44,260 bases of DNA from a virus (Duplodnaviria > Caudoviricetes), in IMG/VR virus record IMGVR_UViG_3300025723_000069, positions 1 to 44,260 of that record, one strand, 5' to 3'. Below the pieces are notes generated by a model. The model did not search any database. It had not been told where the DNA came from and saw only the letters and a list, made by a program, of their open reading frames with translations. The position numbers and the translations under genes are program-made. Below, piece after piece: positions 18,537 through 32,100 of the stretch (position 1 is its first letter; each line of letters begins with the position of its first letter).

Positions 18537-19253
18537 ATGGCAATTGTCATCGAAACCCCAGAGGATCAGATCACAGAAATAACCACCACAGAATCAGTAG
18601 TCAAGCCCAATGATGTACAGTTGCAAGTAGAATACTTGTTTGCCAGTTCAGTGTGGAGGACCAGTGCTCCACAATTCCTAGAAGATGTACAGGCTGTGGC
18701 AAAAACACAATTCAGCAAACGTAAAAAAGAACACCCAGAGATCTTAAAAACAGTTTATCCCACGGTGATGACTGACAATATCCACACAGATCCCCGTTGT
18801 GCCGAGTTTGTTAACTATGTTCAGCAAGCGGCATGGAATGTCCTAAACAATCAGGGTTACAATATGGATGTATTTGACATGATATTCTATGATTGTTTTG
18901 GACAAGAACATCACAAGTACAGCGGACATGATACTCATACACATCCTGGAGGTCAAATCACAGGATTTTATTTCTTAGAGACTCCAGAAAACTGCTGCCG
19001 TGTAGTATTCCAAGATCCACGTCAGGGCAAAAATCATGGTGCTATCGGTGAACGCAATATGAGCCAAGCTACATTGGCCAGTTATGAAATCAATTACCAA
19101 CCCCAGCCTGGTGATTTTTTCTTTACCAATTCTTGGTTGCCACACAGTTTCACACGCAATGCCAATGCCAAGCCAATGCGTTTTATTCATTTTACATTAG
19201 GTGTACAATATAAACCTCAGCAACCTATAGCTCCTGCCGCCAATATAGTATGA
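18537..19253 (+). CDS. Putative 2OG-Fe(II) oxygenase (TIGR02466 / 2OG-FeII_Oxy_5-like)
   Basis: HDTHTHPGG..ITGFYFL, FQDPR, PQPGDFFFTNSWLPH and R.IHF. Confidence 0.85.
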   Translation: MAIVIETPEDQITEITTTESVVKPNDVQLQVEYLFASSVWRTSAPQFLEDVQAVAKTQFSKRKKEHPEILKTVYPTVMTDNIHTDPRCAEFVNYVQQAAWNVLNNQGYNMDVFDMIFYDCFGQEHHKYSGHDTHTHPGGQITGFYFLETPENCCRVVFQDPRQGKNHGAIGERNMSQATLASYEINYQPQPGDFFFTNSWLPHSFTRNANAKPMRFIHFTLGVQYKPQQPIAPAANIV

Positions 19254-19507
19254 ATCGTTATCATATTCGTTTCAACAAATCTCGAGGTCAACCAGGGCGT
19301 GGCACCAAAAATCACGTTTGGCGAGTATTTGAGAACGGTGAGGAATACCTTTTTAAACACTTTAAGGTATCTGTACCTTGTTTTGATGAAACCACAGGTG
19401 ATGGTCTAGGCAACGATGATTGGAACTTCTGCTGTGAAGGCTATCTGAGTATAGACAAGGCCACATCCACAGCTATTATCACTGCCGAGCCTCCCGCTAA
19501 AGATTAA
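19250..19507 (+). CDS. Hypothetical protein coupled to the oxygenase
   Basis: 85 aa, ATGA overlap with the oxygenase stop. Confidence 0.75.
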   Translation: MNRYHIRFNKSRGQPGRGTKNHVWRVFENGEEYLFKHFKVSVPCFDETTGDGLGNDDWNFCCEGYLSIDKATSTAIITAEPPAKD

Positions 19508-19884
19508 ATTGCCGGCGGAATTTCTACTTCTTTCCAGCTTGTAGTAGGTTCATCCCAAATGTAACTTTTGCCATCAGTGGGCCTTGCTACTGGTGCAGTC
19601 CATGTCCAAGTTGCACTATCTATGGTCCAGCTAGGAAAAGGCTGTGGTGGGTAAAACACATCATTCTCGGAATCATAAACATATCCAATACCAGCATAAT
19701 TACCCCTCAAGGCTACACCTCCGTCGGGTTCACCGTCTTGTCCATAATGTACATTGCCGCGGGTGTTGTATGAAGTTTGACGCCACTGGCTAGGATCTCC
19801 CCATAGTCCTATATCCAATGTTTCTTGTTCTATTGCAATAACTCTGGTTACAATTCCATTTTCTACTTTGGCAAAATATGACAT
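19504..19884 (-). CDS. Conserved-type phage hypothetical protein, fibre-associated
   Basis: SD AAGGA; WRQTSYN, RGNYAGIGYVYD, PPQPFPSW and WDE...W motifs that I recognise from small genes beside phage fibre genes. Confidence 0.75.
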   Translation of the reverse strand: MSYFAKVENGIVTRVIAIEQETLDIGLWGDPSQWRQTSYNTRGNVHYGQDGEPDGGVALRGNYAGIGYVYDSENDVFYPPQPFPSWTIDSATWTWTAPVARPTDGKSYIWDEPTTSWKEVEIPPAI

Positions 19885-19899
19885 CAGTAATATTTCCTT

Positions 19900-22800
19900 T
19901 TATGCTTGCGGTTCGCCCCAACGTAGGGTTAAATTAGCGTTAATTGGCTGACCAGTGGTTGTATATACATTAATGAATAATACATCTGGTCCGTTTGGAT
20001 AACAATTTCTACCACCAATTGGAGTATTAGTTAATTCTTTCAACAATGATAAATCTAGTACATCTCGTTCAGCAGGGCTACTAACGAATGAGAATACAGT
20101 TTCTCCCGGTTGTGCAAATCCTGTTCTACTGAATGTTATGCTAGTAGAGCCAGCAATGCTATTCACGGTATAATTACTGATCCTAACCTGATTAGTAACA
20201 GGATTGATGTAGGTTACAACAGTTCCGCCAGTTATAGGACTATTATAATTTCCCGGAATATATACAGCATCACCTGCTTGAATACCAGTAACATTGGCCA
20301 GTGTTATAATATTAGTACCGGTAGCAGTTACTCCACTTGTAGCAATAACTGTGGTTGCGGCATTGTCAAATGTAATGCTTTGTCCTTGTGCAATTTGAGC
20401 AAAACTTGGCTGGCCGGTTTGAAGTCCTGCACTGGTTAAACTTTGCCATGTAATTCTACCAGAATAAGGATCACTGGGATAATTTTGTGGGTTTAATATA
20501 CCTTGAACAACCATAGCACAGTTGGTATTTGTTGTTCCGCCAGCAGTAACTTCAATTGCTTGCAATCTCATCTGGGCACGATTCAATAAATCTCGATCAC
20601 CTAAATCTCCTGCAATGGCATTACTCACACTTGGTGCTAATCGAATAGCAAATGCAGTTGTTGGTACTGTACTAACGTTAATGTTTGTAGAAACATAATT
20701 AAAAATGTATCCGCGATCATCGTCAAATCCGCCGTCAGCCAAATAAGCTGATCCCCAGTGAGTTAATTGTGGTGATGCTGTTTGCCCTACTAAAATTACT
20801 CCGGTCCCTGTACTATGAATTGATGCGTTGGTTCCAGTAAATGTTCTAGTCTGTCCAGCAACAAACTGGCTGTAACTTGTTCCACGTGTTAGTCCAGTTA
20901 ATGAATTTGTACTAGTAGTTATACCTGTATACTGTATAACTTCTTGGTCTACATATACATAACCACCACTCTTTGGAAAATATGTAACATCTCCTATATT
21001 CATGTAAGTATCAGTAACTCCCATAGAATTATACAAATAACTACGTGCACCCTCATTGATAACCTGATAACGAACAGGCATATTACCAGTTCTTTGGAAA
21101 GCTTCAATATTAACGTTGGAATTTTTTAAACGATGTATAGTAATAAAATTACCATCTGGACCTCGCAACATCCAATCAATAAATCCAGCACCATACCAAG
21201 TCCATTGCAATCCGATCATTTGCATTTTATTAACATTAAGATTATAACCACTAGGATTAAAGACTCCATTACTACCATCACACCGATCTATGTTCCATTG
21301 CGATTGCGGCACTATTGTGTCAACAACTTTGACTATTTTAATACCAGACTGATTTATATAACCACGAAACTCTGGATTGACCGAAATTTGCGTATCATTT
21401 ATAACGTTAGTTACAACATGAGTCATGCCTTTAATAACTACACGATCACCTGCTATTAATTGACCTGTAAATCGTGTATTAATACCATTTACAATATGAC
21501 TACCTGTTGTAACAGACACAAGACCTGCAATATTAGGAGTTGCGGTTCGTTGACCAATAGCTATTTGTATTCCATCATACTGCCAAAACATCCCATTTTG
21601 ATCATCAAATGTTCCTGCACGTACAGTTGAACCATACCAATTTCTTACAGATAATAATGCTGGGGTACCTAAAATAGCATTAGTTGATGTAGTTGTTAAC
21701 GATCCTGTAGAAAGGAAAAGCACAGTACGTTCATCAGTTACTGTGCTAACAGTATAAACACCGTTATATCCAGCATTACCGCAGTTACTTAATAAAACAG
21801 TTGCACCAACTTGACACCCATGATCGTTGTCATCAGTAACAACAGTGATTATACTACCAGTTGTAAGTCCATTGGCAGTAACTGATCGAATATTATAGTT
21901 AGGAGCAAACAATGCACCGGTATTATAATTAATTGCTTTACCAGATTGATATCGAAGATTTTTCTTACTTTGGCGTACAGCATCAGTTCCCGGACTAGGT
22001 CCGTTTGTACCTAACTGTACACCACCGTCAAAGGGTCGATGTATATAATAACTATCAGATCTCGGTGCTATATATCCCAAAGGCGTTCCCGATATTGATC
22101 CAACGTTTCTAGCAGAATAGCTGAATGTTGAAGAACTAAGAACTGATGTAACAAAAAATGGTCCCTGGCATAGATTATGACCATTGCTGCCATTGTAGCT
22201 AGAAATAATAGCAATAAAAGTATTTCCCGGAGCAAAGCCGTGTGGATCAGTTGATGTAACTGTGATTGTTCCTGTGGTAGAAGAACTAGATCCTGTTACT
22301 ACAAATGACACATTGCTTAATGTAGAACCAGTATAAAATCCGCCTTTACGTACAACAGTCGATGCCTGACTAACAACTGTACCACTAGTAACACCGACCA
22401 GGCCTTTGGCATAAAAATTAAATGATGTTGCACTGTTTACTGAATCAACAATAAAAGATCCTTGTGCACGGTCATAACTAGCAACTGTTTGTAATAATGC
22501 ATTACAGGTCAATGCTGTACCAGTTGATAGATTATGCGGGTAATTTGTATTCACAGTCATTAAACTTGATACACCCGCTTGTCCCCCGCTGGCATAACTA
22601 GCATCAGTGGTAATATTATTAACAGATAAGTCTGTTCCTGGTATTTCATAGATTCCAGGGTATCCTCTCATTTGACTCAATGTCTGCCACTTAGTAGGTT
22701 GCATACCATACTCAAAGTCAGCATCAATCATTGATTGAGGTGAGGCTACACGAGTACGTTCAAAGGCATCTGTTCCCATTGCCCATGGACGAGTAATAAC

Positions 22801-23115
22801 AGCACCTTGCGGATTTTCTGTAAATATTTGCAGGATATCAGTACTCAACATACCAGCGGTACTAGCACCTAGAGTAATAGTAGTTATACCATCAGACGAT
22901 TGTAGAGCTTGGGGAAAATTAGTGGTGTTGGCACGGCTCAAACTCATCGTAGTTCCGACAAAGTTTAAATCGGCAAAATTGTAAATTATTTGATTTCTAG
23001 TAACATTGGTAATAATCAATAACTGACTAAGATCATACCGTCCGGGTATTTGAACCGTTCCTACTCCGGCAGCTCCGGGAGTAAAAATATACGTTCTTTG
23101 CAGTTGTTTTGCCAT
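19900..23115 (-). CDS. Large virion structural protein with repeated TVT..HG beta-barrel-like modules
   Basis: 1071 aa, SD AAGGA; IDADFEYG.QPTKW, HRPFDGGV, RYQSGK and WYGAGF; repeats TVNTNYPHNL, TVTSTDPHGF and TVVTDDNDHGC. Confidence 0.7.
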   Translation of the reverse strand: MAKQLQRTYIFTPGAAGVGTVQIPGRYDLSQLLIITNVTRNQIIYNFADLNFVGTTMSLSRANTTNFPQALQSSDGITTITLGASTAGMLSTDILQIFTENPQGAVITRPWAMGTDAFERTRVASPQSMIDADFEYGMQPTKWQTLSQMRGYPGIYEIPGTDLSVNNITTDASYASGGQAGVSSLMTVNTNYPHNLSTGTALTCNALLQTVASYDRAQGSFIVDSVNSATSFNFYAKGLVGVTSGTVVSQASTVVRKGGFYTGSTLSNVSFVVTGSSSSTTGTITVTSTDPHGFAPGNTFIAIISSYNGSNGHNLCQGPFFVTSVLSSSTFSYSARNVGSISGTPLGYIAPRSDSYYIHRPFDGGVQLGTNGPSPGTDAVRQSKKNLRYQSGKAINYNTGALFAPNYNIRSVTANGLTTGSIITVVTDDNDHGCQVGATVLLSNCGNAGYNGVYTVSTVTDERTVLFLSTGSLTTTSTNAILGTPALLSVRNWYGSTVRAGTFDDQNGMFWQYDGIQIAIGQRTATPNIAGLVSVTTGSHIVNGINTRFTGQLIAGDRVVIKGMTHVVTNVINDTQISVNPEFRGYINQSGIKIVKVVDTIVPQSQWNIDRCDGSNGVFNPSGYNLNVNKMQMIGLQWTWYGAGFIDWMLRGPDGNFITIHRLKNSNVNIEAFQRTGNMPVRYQVINEGARSYLYNSMGVTDTYMNIGDVTYFPKSGGYVYVDQEVIQYTGITTSTNSLTGLTRGTSYSQFVAGQTRTFTGTNASIHSTGTGVILVGQTASPQLTHWGSAYLADGGFDDDRGYIFNYVSTNINVSTVPTTAFAIRLAPSVSNAIAGDLGDRDLLNRAQMRLQAIEVTAGGTTNTNCAMVVQGILNPQNYPSDPYSGRITWQSLTSAGLQTGQPSFAQIAQGQSITFDNAATTVIATSGVTATGTNIITLANVTGIQAGDAVYIPGNYNSPITGGTVVTYINPVTNQVRISNYTVNSIAGSTSITFSRTGFAQPGETVFSFVSSPAERDVLDLSLLKELTNTPIGGRNCYPNGPDVLFINVYTTTGQPINANLTLRWGEPQA

Positions 23116-23139
23116 TTTATTCTAAATCCTTGTTATTCG

Positions 23140-26100
23140 TTACATACCGAGTGCTATTGCCATAGCCGCCGCGGCTGCTGTTTGTGATATTGCTTGAGCA
23201 AAGTTTTGACTAGCTACAATACGAATTACATCTCCAGCGTTACGTGCTGTATTTAGTACCACATAAGGACTGGTGCTAGCATTATAGTCACCGCTGTTTA
23301 ACAAAACTCCGTTAGCAAACACTTGTAATTGATTGGCCACAAATCCGCCAGCTACAGTACAAGTGCTTTGTCCCTGTAACATAGTAAATTCTTGGATAGT
23401 TGTGGGCAGTATTTGAGCACCGTTGGTATAGATATTAGATGCATATAAATTACCTGCTATTCCAACTCCACCTGCAACTGTAAGGGCACCAGAATATGTT
23501 CCAATACTCTGCGTTGTATTAGTAATGGTAAAGATATCTGGTGTAACAACAGTAGTTTGAGTAATTGTTGTATATAGAATTGTCAACTGCTGTGCAGTAA
23601 TTCCGCCAGCAACATATAAATTACCTGCAATACCAACACCACCTGCAACTGTCAGTGCACCAGTTGTAGTACTTGTGCTCGAAGTTGTGTTAGAAATAGC
23701 AAATGTCGCAGTAGTGTTTAGGTTGTAAGCTGCCGCATAAACTGTACCCGTGGCATAGATATTATAAACACCACTAATGCTACCACCATTACCTGTGATA
23801 TTAACTGTGGCAAATGATCCAGTATTGGCTGCATAGATAGATCCATTAACACCAATGCCGCCTGCAACAATCAATGCACCAGTATAAGTTGATGTACTGA
23901 TGTTAGTACCAAGTATAGTAGCTGTGGTAAGTACCGTTAATGTGTTATTAGTTGCTGCACCACCAATGTATATATTACCACCAATACCAACACCACCAGT
24001 AACCTGCAATGCACCTGTTGTTGTACCTGTGCTCTGTGTTATATTACTAATCAGTACAGTTGCTGTTGTTGCAGTTAATGCCGCCGCTACGTAGGTATTA
24101 ACAGTAGCAGTTGTAACCAATGCCGCACCAGCAAGTATAATAGATCCACCAACTGTTAAAATATTAGTAACAGTTAGGCTACCACCAAAAGTTCCACTGT
24201 TGGCTACATTTAAGTTACCACCGATACCAACACCACCAGTTACAATAACAGCACCAGTTAAAGAAGATGTTGAAGTAGCCGAACTTGTAGCCAATAGTAC
24301 CGGAGCAGTGATTGTACCAGTTGAGAATATATTGTTAACGCCAGTGATACTACCACCAGTACCAACAATTACTACGGTACCAAATGATCCAGTATTAGCC
24401 GCATATAATGATCCACCAATACCAACACCACCAGCAACAACCAATGCTCCAGTATAAGTTGATGTACTAACGTTAGTACCTAGTATACTTGCTGTAGTTA
24501 GAACTGTTAGGGTATTAAATGATCCAAAGTTGCCAACATACAAGTTACCGCCGATACCAACACCGCCCGTGGTCTGGAAAGCACCTGTGTTTGTACTGGT
24601 ACTTTGTGTTGTATTGTTTATGACAAATGTTGCTGTAGTCGCAGTTAATGCTGTGGCAATATATGATCCAACAGTAGCTGTGGTAATCAGTGCCGCACCA
24701 GCAAGTATAATTGATCCGCCAACGGTTAAGACATTGTTAACGGTTACACTACCACCAAATGTTGATGTAGATCCGCCAACATTTAAGTTACCACCAATGC
24801 CTACACCACCTGTTACAATAACAGCACCTGTCAGTGTCGAAGTTGATGTAGCAGAACTTGTGGCAAGCAATACCGGTGCTGTAACAGTACCAGTAGCAAA
24901 AATATTATTAACACCAGTAATACTACCGCCAGTTCCAACAACTACTACAGTACCAAAAGATCCAGTATTAGCCGCATATAACGAGCCACCTATACCAACA
25001 CCACCCGCGACAATCAATGCACCGGTATAAGTTGATGTACTGACATTAGTACCAAGTATGCTGGCTGTGGTTAGAACTGTTAGAGTATTATTAGTCTCTG
25101 CACCACCAATGTATATATTACCACCAATACCAACACCACCAGTAACTTGGAAAGCACCTGTATTTGTACTGGTACTTTGCGTTGTATTGTTAATAACAAA
25201 GGTCGATGTAGTTGCAGTCAATGCCGCACTGATTACAGTACCAACAGTAGCAGTTGTAATTAGAGCCGCACCACCGACTATCAATTGTCCATTAATAGTT
25301 AATGTATTATTAATAGTTACACTGCCACTAAATGTTGATGTAGATCCGCCAACATTCAAATTACCACCAATGCCTACACCACCAGTTACAATTACTGCAC
25401 CTGTAGTAGTTGATGTTGAAGTAGCTGAACTTGTAGCAAGCAATACAGGTGCAGTAACAGTACCTGTGGCAAAAATATTATTAACACCGGTAATACTACC
25501 ACCATAACCAACAATACTAACTTGTGCAAAAGATCCAGTATTGGCAACATATAAATTACCACCAATACCAACACCACCTGCAACAACCAATGCACCAGTA
25601 TAAGTCGATGTACTGACATTAGTACCAAGTATGCTGGCTGTGGTTAGAACTGTTAGTGTATTAAATGATCCAAAGTTACCAACATATAAATTACCACCAA
25701 TACCAACACCACCAGTAACCTGTAGTGCACCTGAGTTAGTACCGGTGCTTTGTGTAATATTACTGATAACCAATGTTGATGTAGTTGCAGTCAATGCCGA
25801 AGAAATTACAGTACCGACAGTAGCCGTAGTAATCAATGCCGCACCACCAACTATTAACTGTCCATTAATAGTTAATGTATTATTAATAGTTACGCTACCA
25901 CTAAATGTTGATGTAGATCCGCCAACATTCAAATTACCACCAATGCCTACACCACCAGTTACAATTACTGCACCTGTAGTAGTTGATGTTGAAGTAGCTG
26001 AACTGCTGGCTGTTAGAATAGAAGTAGCCACTGTACCTGTAGCAAAAACACTGTTTACGCCAGTAATACTACCACCAGTACCTACAACAATAACAGTACC

Positions 26101-29100
26101 AAAGGATCCAGTATTGGCTGCATATAACGAACCACCAATACCTACACCACCTGCGACAATCAATGCACCAGTATATGTCGATGTGCTGACATTGGTACTT
26201 AATATACTTGCTGTGGTTAGAACTGTTAGAGTATTATTAGTCTCTGCACCATAGACATAGAGATTTTGTCCAATTCCAACACCACCTGCAACAACCAATG
26301 CACCTGTTACTGTGCTGGTACTTGGGGTTGTATTACTGATAATGAAAGTTGATGTAGTACCAGTAGTTACAGGGTTGATATAACTTTGAATTGTAGCAGA
26401 TGTAATGAATGCCTGCCCTTGGACTGAAATAGTTCCAACTACAGTTAAACTACCGCCAATGGTTGCACTGCTACCAACATTCAATGCACCGCCAATTCCA
26501 ACACCACCAGGTACAGTTATAGCACCTGTAGTAGTCGACGTTGAAGTAACTGTGCCAGCTAAATTAATAACTCCAGCCTGTATAGTACCTGTGGCAAATA
26601 AACTATTAACACCAGCAATATTACCGTTAGCACCTACAATATTAACAGTGCTGAATGATCCTGTACCTACAGCACTAATAACACCACCGCTGTATATATT
26701 ACCACCAACACCAAGTCCGCCGGCTACAACCAATGCACCATTTGTAGAAGTTGTACTGGTAGATGTATTGGTAATATTGATTGCATTGGTAGTTGTAGAT
26801 CCCCTATTGGTAATTGTCTGTAGTGTGCTTGAATTAGCAATGTACACACCATTGGTACTAGTGAATACCGAAGTATCAGTACCAGCAAGAATACCAGCGG
26901 CTACATATGGATTAACCAAACTAAAGATAGTTGCAGTTGAAAGTATAGATCCACCTGCGACAAATAAACTACCACCAACAAATAAATTGCCTCCAATTCC
27001 TAGGCCACCTGCAACAGTAACCGCACCTGTTGTAGTTGAAGTTGAATTGGCTAGGCTAGTAACAGTAACTGTACTAGCATAGATAGTACCCGATGAGAAA
27101 ATTGCAGTAACATTGCTGATAGCACCGCCGCCACCTGTAATGGTAAGAGTATTAATTGCTAACGTACCAGCAAGATTTAAGTTTCCACCAATACCGACAC
27201 CACCTGCTACTATTAGTGCACCTGTAGTAGTTGATGTTGAACTTGTTGTGTTAGTAATGTTGAATATACTAGCAGTACCTGTACTACTACCGCCACCGGC
27301 TGCATAGTTACCAATTGTAGCAGTGGTAATAATCTGTGCACCTGCAATGTAACTGGTATTTGCAATATAAACATTTCCACCAATACCTACACCACCAGTA
27401 ACAACCAATGCACCGGTAATTGTCGATGTTGATGTTGCAGTTCCAGTGACTGATATTGCATTGGCAATTATTGTACCTGTGGCATTTATACTACCAACAC
27501 CAGTAATATTGCTACCGCCACTACCTGTAATAGATATGGCAGCAAATGTACCAGTACCACCAACGTATAAATTACTACCAATACCAACACCACCTGCAAC
27601 AGTCAATGCACCTGTGGTAGTTGAAGTTGAAGTTGCTGTTCCACTGAAATACCCAGTTCCTGCAACTGTCACTAATCCTGTAGCTGGATTAATAGTAAAA
27701 CTACTTGTGGTATATTCAGCTTGATAATTTGCTGTATTATTGTTAGCATTGACAAATACAGGATAGTAAGTTCCAGCGGCAAATTGTGCCTGCGTTTGAA
27801 CATAAATTGTATTTGTGGCTGTTCCTGCACTTACACCGGCTAATGGTTGCCAAGTTGCAGTAGAACCATTAGATGTTAAAACATAATTATTCAATCCAAT
27901 TGGAATGAATGCAGTAGTGCCGGTGCCGCTTTGAATTGGTATACTACCTGCCGCACCGCCCGCAATGTTAGTAGTTGTGTTACTGCTTGCACCTAATAAA
28001 TTACCACCGCTATAGATATTTCCACTAACATTTAAATTGCCACCAACGCCAACACCGCCGGTAATTATTAATGCCCCAGTGTTTGTAGAAGTAGACTGTG
28101 TTGAACTTGTAACAAATATTGTATTGGCTGTGATTGTACCGGTAGCAGAAATATTAGTAACACCTGTGATATTACTGCTGCCAGATCCTGTAATAACAAT
28201 AGCATTGAATGTACCAGTTCCACCAACATTAATATTGCCGCCGATACCAACTCCGCCAGCAACAACTAATGCTCCCGATGCAGTGTCAATACTAGGAGTA
28301 GTATTAGTAATTGTGAATATGTCTGGTGATGTAACTAGTGTTTGAGTAACTGTTGTATAGCTAACTGTTAATGATGCCGCAGTAATACTGCCGCCAACGT
28401 ACAAATTACCACCAATTCCAACTCCACCAGCAACTGTCAATGCACCTGTGGTAGTTGAAGTTGATTGTGAAGTATTAGTAAAATTAACAGTTCCACCAGT
28501 TATTCCACTGAATGTACCAGTATTTCCAGCAAGTCCCTGTAATCCTTGAACGCCTTGAGTACCTTGATTGCCTTGGAGACCTTGAGTACCTTGAATAGAT
28601 ACACCTTGAACACCTTGAATTCCCTGACTACCGATAAGGCCCTGAATGCCTTGTAGGCCTTGAACGCCCTGAACACCTTGCGTACCAGTACCACCGACAA
28701 ATCCAGCTTGTCCCTGTAGTCCCTGCAATCCTTGAACGCCTTGACTGCCAGTTTGCCCTTGTAGGCCCTGAATACCTTGTGTACCAGTACTACCTGTAAA
28801 TCCACTTATACCCTGAACACCTTGAACTCCCTGGCTACCAGTTTGGCCTTGGGTTCCTTGAATACCATTACCACCTTGTAGGCCTTGCGTACCTTGACTA
28901 CCAGTTTGCCCCTGTAGTCCTTGCGTACCTTGACTACCAGTTTGCCCCTGTAGTCCTTGCGTACCTTGACTACCAGTTTGCCCCTGTAGTCCTTGCGTAC
29001 CTTGTGTTCCTTGACTACCAGATCCCTGTGTTCCTTGTACACCCTGTGTCCCTGTACCTCCATAGGCACCTACAGTAGCGGTAGTTAAGATAACTGCTCC

Positions 29101-32100
29101 GCCAATATAGCCAGTATTTGCTACGTATAAATTGCCGCCAATTCCAACGCCACCTGCAACAGTCAATGCACCAGTTGTAGTACTGATACTTTGAGTAGTA
29201 TTAGTAATTGTGAATATGTCTGGTGATGTAACCAGTGTTTGAGTAATTGTTGTATATTGTACAGTTAATTGGTTAGCAGTAATTGTACCACCGACATATA
29301 AATTTCCACCAATTCCAACTCCACCTACAACAGTCAACGCACCTGAATTAGTACTTGTACTAATTGTTGAATTATTAATATTAACTGTAGATGTTGTAGT
29401 ACCAGAGAAGAAACCAGTTTGACCTTGTAATCCTTGTGTTCCTTGTAGACCTTGAGCGCCTTGTAATCCCTGTACTCCTTGAGTACCCTGATTGCCCTGG
29501 AGTCCTTGAGTACCTTGGGTTCCTTGATTGCCTTGTAAGCCCTGAACACCCTGTGTTCCTTGTAAGCCCTGGAGTCCTTGAGCTCCCTGAGTACCTTGGG
29601 TTCCTTGCAGACCTTGTAGGCCTTGACTACCAGTTTGACCTTGTAGTCCTTGTGGCCCTTGTACACCTTGGAGTCCTTGCAGGCCTTGACCTCCTATACC
29701 TCCAACAAATCCTTGTAAACCCTGAACACCTTGAGGTCCTTGAATACCTTGTAGGCCCTGTGTACCTTGCAAGGCTACACCTTGAACACCTTGAACACCT
29801 TGTAGGCCTTGGAGCCCTTGTGATCCTAATTGTCCCTGTAGGCCTTGGAGCCCTTGCAAACCTTGTGCACCTAAAAGGCCTTGGAGCCCTTGAAGTCCTT
29901 GTGATCCACTACGTCCTTGTGGACCTTGAACACCTTGACTTCCAATATCTCCTTGTAACCCTTGAACACCCTGTGCTCCCTGTAAACCTTGATTGCCCTG
30001 AAGTCCTTGAGATCCCTGAGTACCTTGATTGCCTTGTAACCCCTGTGTGCCTTGTACGCCCTGCAGTCCTTGCAAGCCCTGTTGACCTTGTCCAGAATAT
30101 CCACCAACTGTAGCAGTAGTGACAATCTCATTAGCACCAATATATCCATGTCCGATTATATATAGAGTATTAACTGTAGCATTGGTTGCTGTAATTCCTC
30201 CACCGACGTATAAATCTTGTCCAATTCCCGCACCGCCGACTACTGTTAGAGAACCATTTGTTGATGTTGTGGCATTAACTCCACTGGTGATCACGGTATT
30301 GCTGACATTCAAATTGCCACCAATTCCAACTCCGCCACTTACTGTCAGTGCACCTGTTGTGGTACTGATACTTTGAGTGGTATTTGTAATTGTAAATATG
30401 TCTGGCGATACAACAGTAGTTTGAGTAATTGTAGTATATTGTACAGTTAATTGATTAGCGACAATAGCACCACCAACATACAAATTACCACTAACTGCCG
30501 CACCACCAAATACTTGTAATGCACCTGTAGTAGTTGATGTTGCCGAAGTAGTGTTAGTGACATACAATGTACCATTGTTGACAGCTAAATTACCAGAAAC
30601 TGCACTGTCACCGGCAACAGCCATACCGCCACCAGCAACTTGAAAACTCTGTAGTCCACCAGATGCTGTACTTGCAGTACCAATATTATTGACATTAAAT
30701 CCATAGATACTAGCATAAGCAATTTGCGTACCACCAGCACCCAATATTGTCTGTCCAGATAATCCAGGTGCATTTACAATAGTATTATTATTAGTAACCT
30801 GTAGGGTATAGTTGTTGACATTTCGATTTACACCGCCAGAATATATGTATTGATTAGCACCTAATATAAGGTTACCGCTGGCAATTAATGTTGTAAATGT
30901 ACCGGTACTTGCAACAATGTTACCAATTTGTGTATTTTGTATTCCACCACCGGCATATAATGCACCACCTATACCAACTCCACCTTTAACAGTTAATGCT
31001 CCAGTTGCCGTTGAGCTTGCTGTAGCAGTTGAATTGATTGTAGTCGTGCCTGTTGAAAATGTTGCCAACAGTGTTGTGTTTGGTCCGCCGGCGTATAATG
31101 ATAATTGATCATCTGGGCCAACACTTATTCTGCCAAGGCCAGTAACATAATCAACAACAATACCGTCGGTATATGCACCAGTGAATGTGTTTGTAGCATA
31201 CAGTCCATTTGCGGCTGTTATGTATGAACCAGCATTGATATTTCCAGTAATTGAAATATTAGTAGCAGTTATATTACCGCCAACATTTAAGTTACCACCA
31301 ACACCTACCCCACCACTGACAGTCAATGCACCATTTGTAGTACCTGTGCTTGCTGTTGCATTGGTAATATTAATTGCATTGGTAGTTGTAGCACCTCTAC
31401 CTGTTATAGTTTGTAGTGTACTAGTATTTGATATTGTAACAATGCCAGTATTTGTATTAACTGAAATATCTGTACCAGCAGTAATACTAGCAACACCGAA
31501 TGTTCCAATGGTAGCAGTTGTTAAGATCTGTGAACCAGCGACATAACTGGTTGCACCAGCATATAATGCACCGCCAATACCTACACCACCAGCAACAGTT
31601 AATGATCCCGAAGTTGTAGAAGTTGAAACTATGTTAGCAACTACATTTACATTACCAGAATTATTGATTACTAGACTACTTGTAGCACCAGCACCTACAG
31701 TACCGATAGTAAAGGACGAACCGTTCATACTAAACGGTGCATAAGTAGATCCAGCACTATTTAGGCTGGTAATATTGTTATTTCCAGCGGAACTTCCTAC
31801 TGTAAATGCCCACTGATCGCCTGAACCAGAACCTTTTAATGTTAATGCATATTGATTACCAGTTCCGTTTTCTGTAATTGTTAATGCTGAAGCATTTAAC
31901 GATCCTGCGGCATATATATTGCCGCCAACTCCGACTCCACCAGCTACAGTTAATGCTCCAGAAGTAGTATTTGTACTTTGAGTATTATTATTAATGTTTA
32001 CGGTAGCAGTAGTTGTACCAGAGAATATACCAGTTTGACCTTGTAGGCCCTGAACGCCCTGTAGTCCTTGAACACCTTGATTTCCCTGTAAGCCTTGAGT

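Noticed and set aside
28883-29004. 36-bp repeats of CRISPR-like length
   Set aside because: Directly adjacent with no spacers, in frame within a CDS, and no cas genes.
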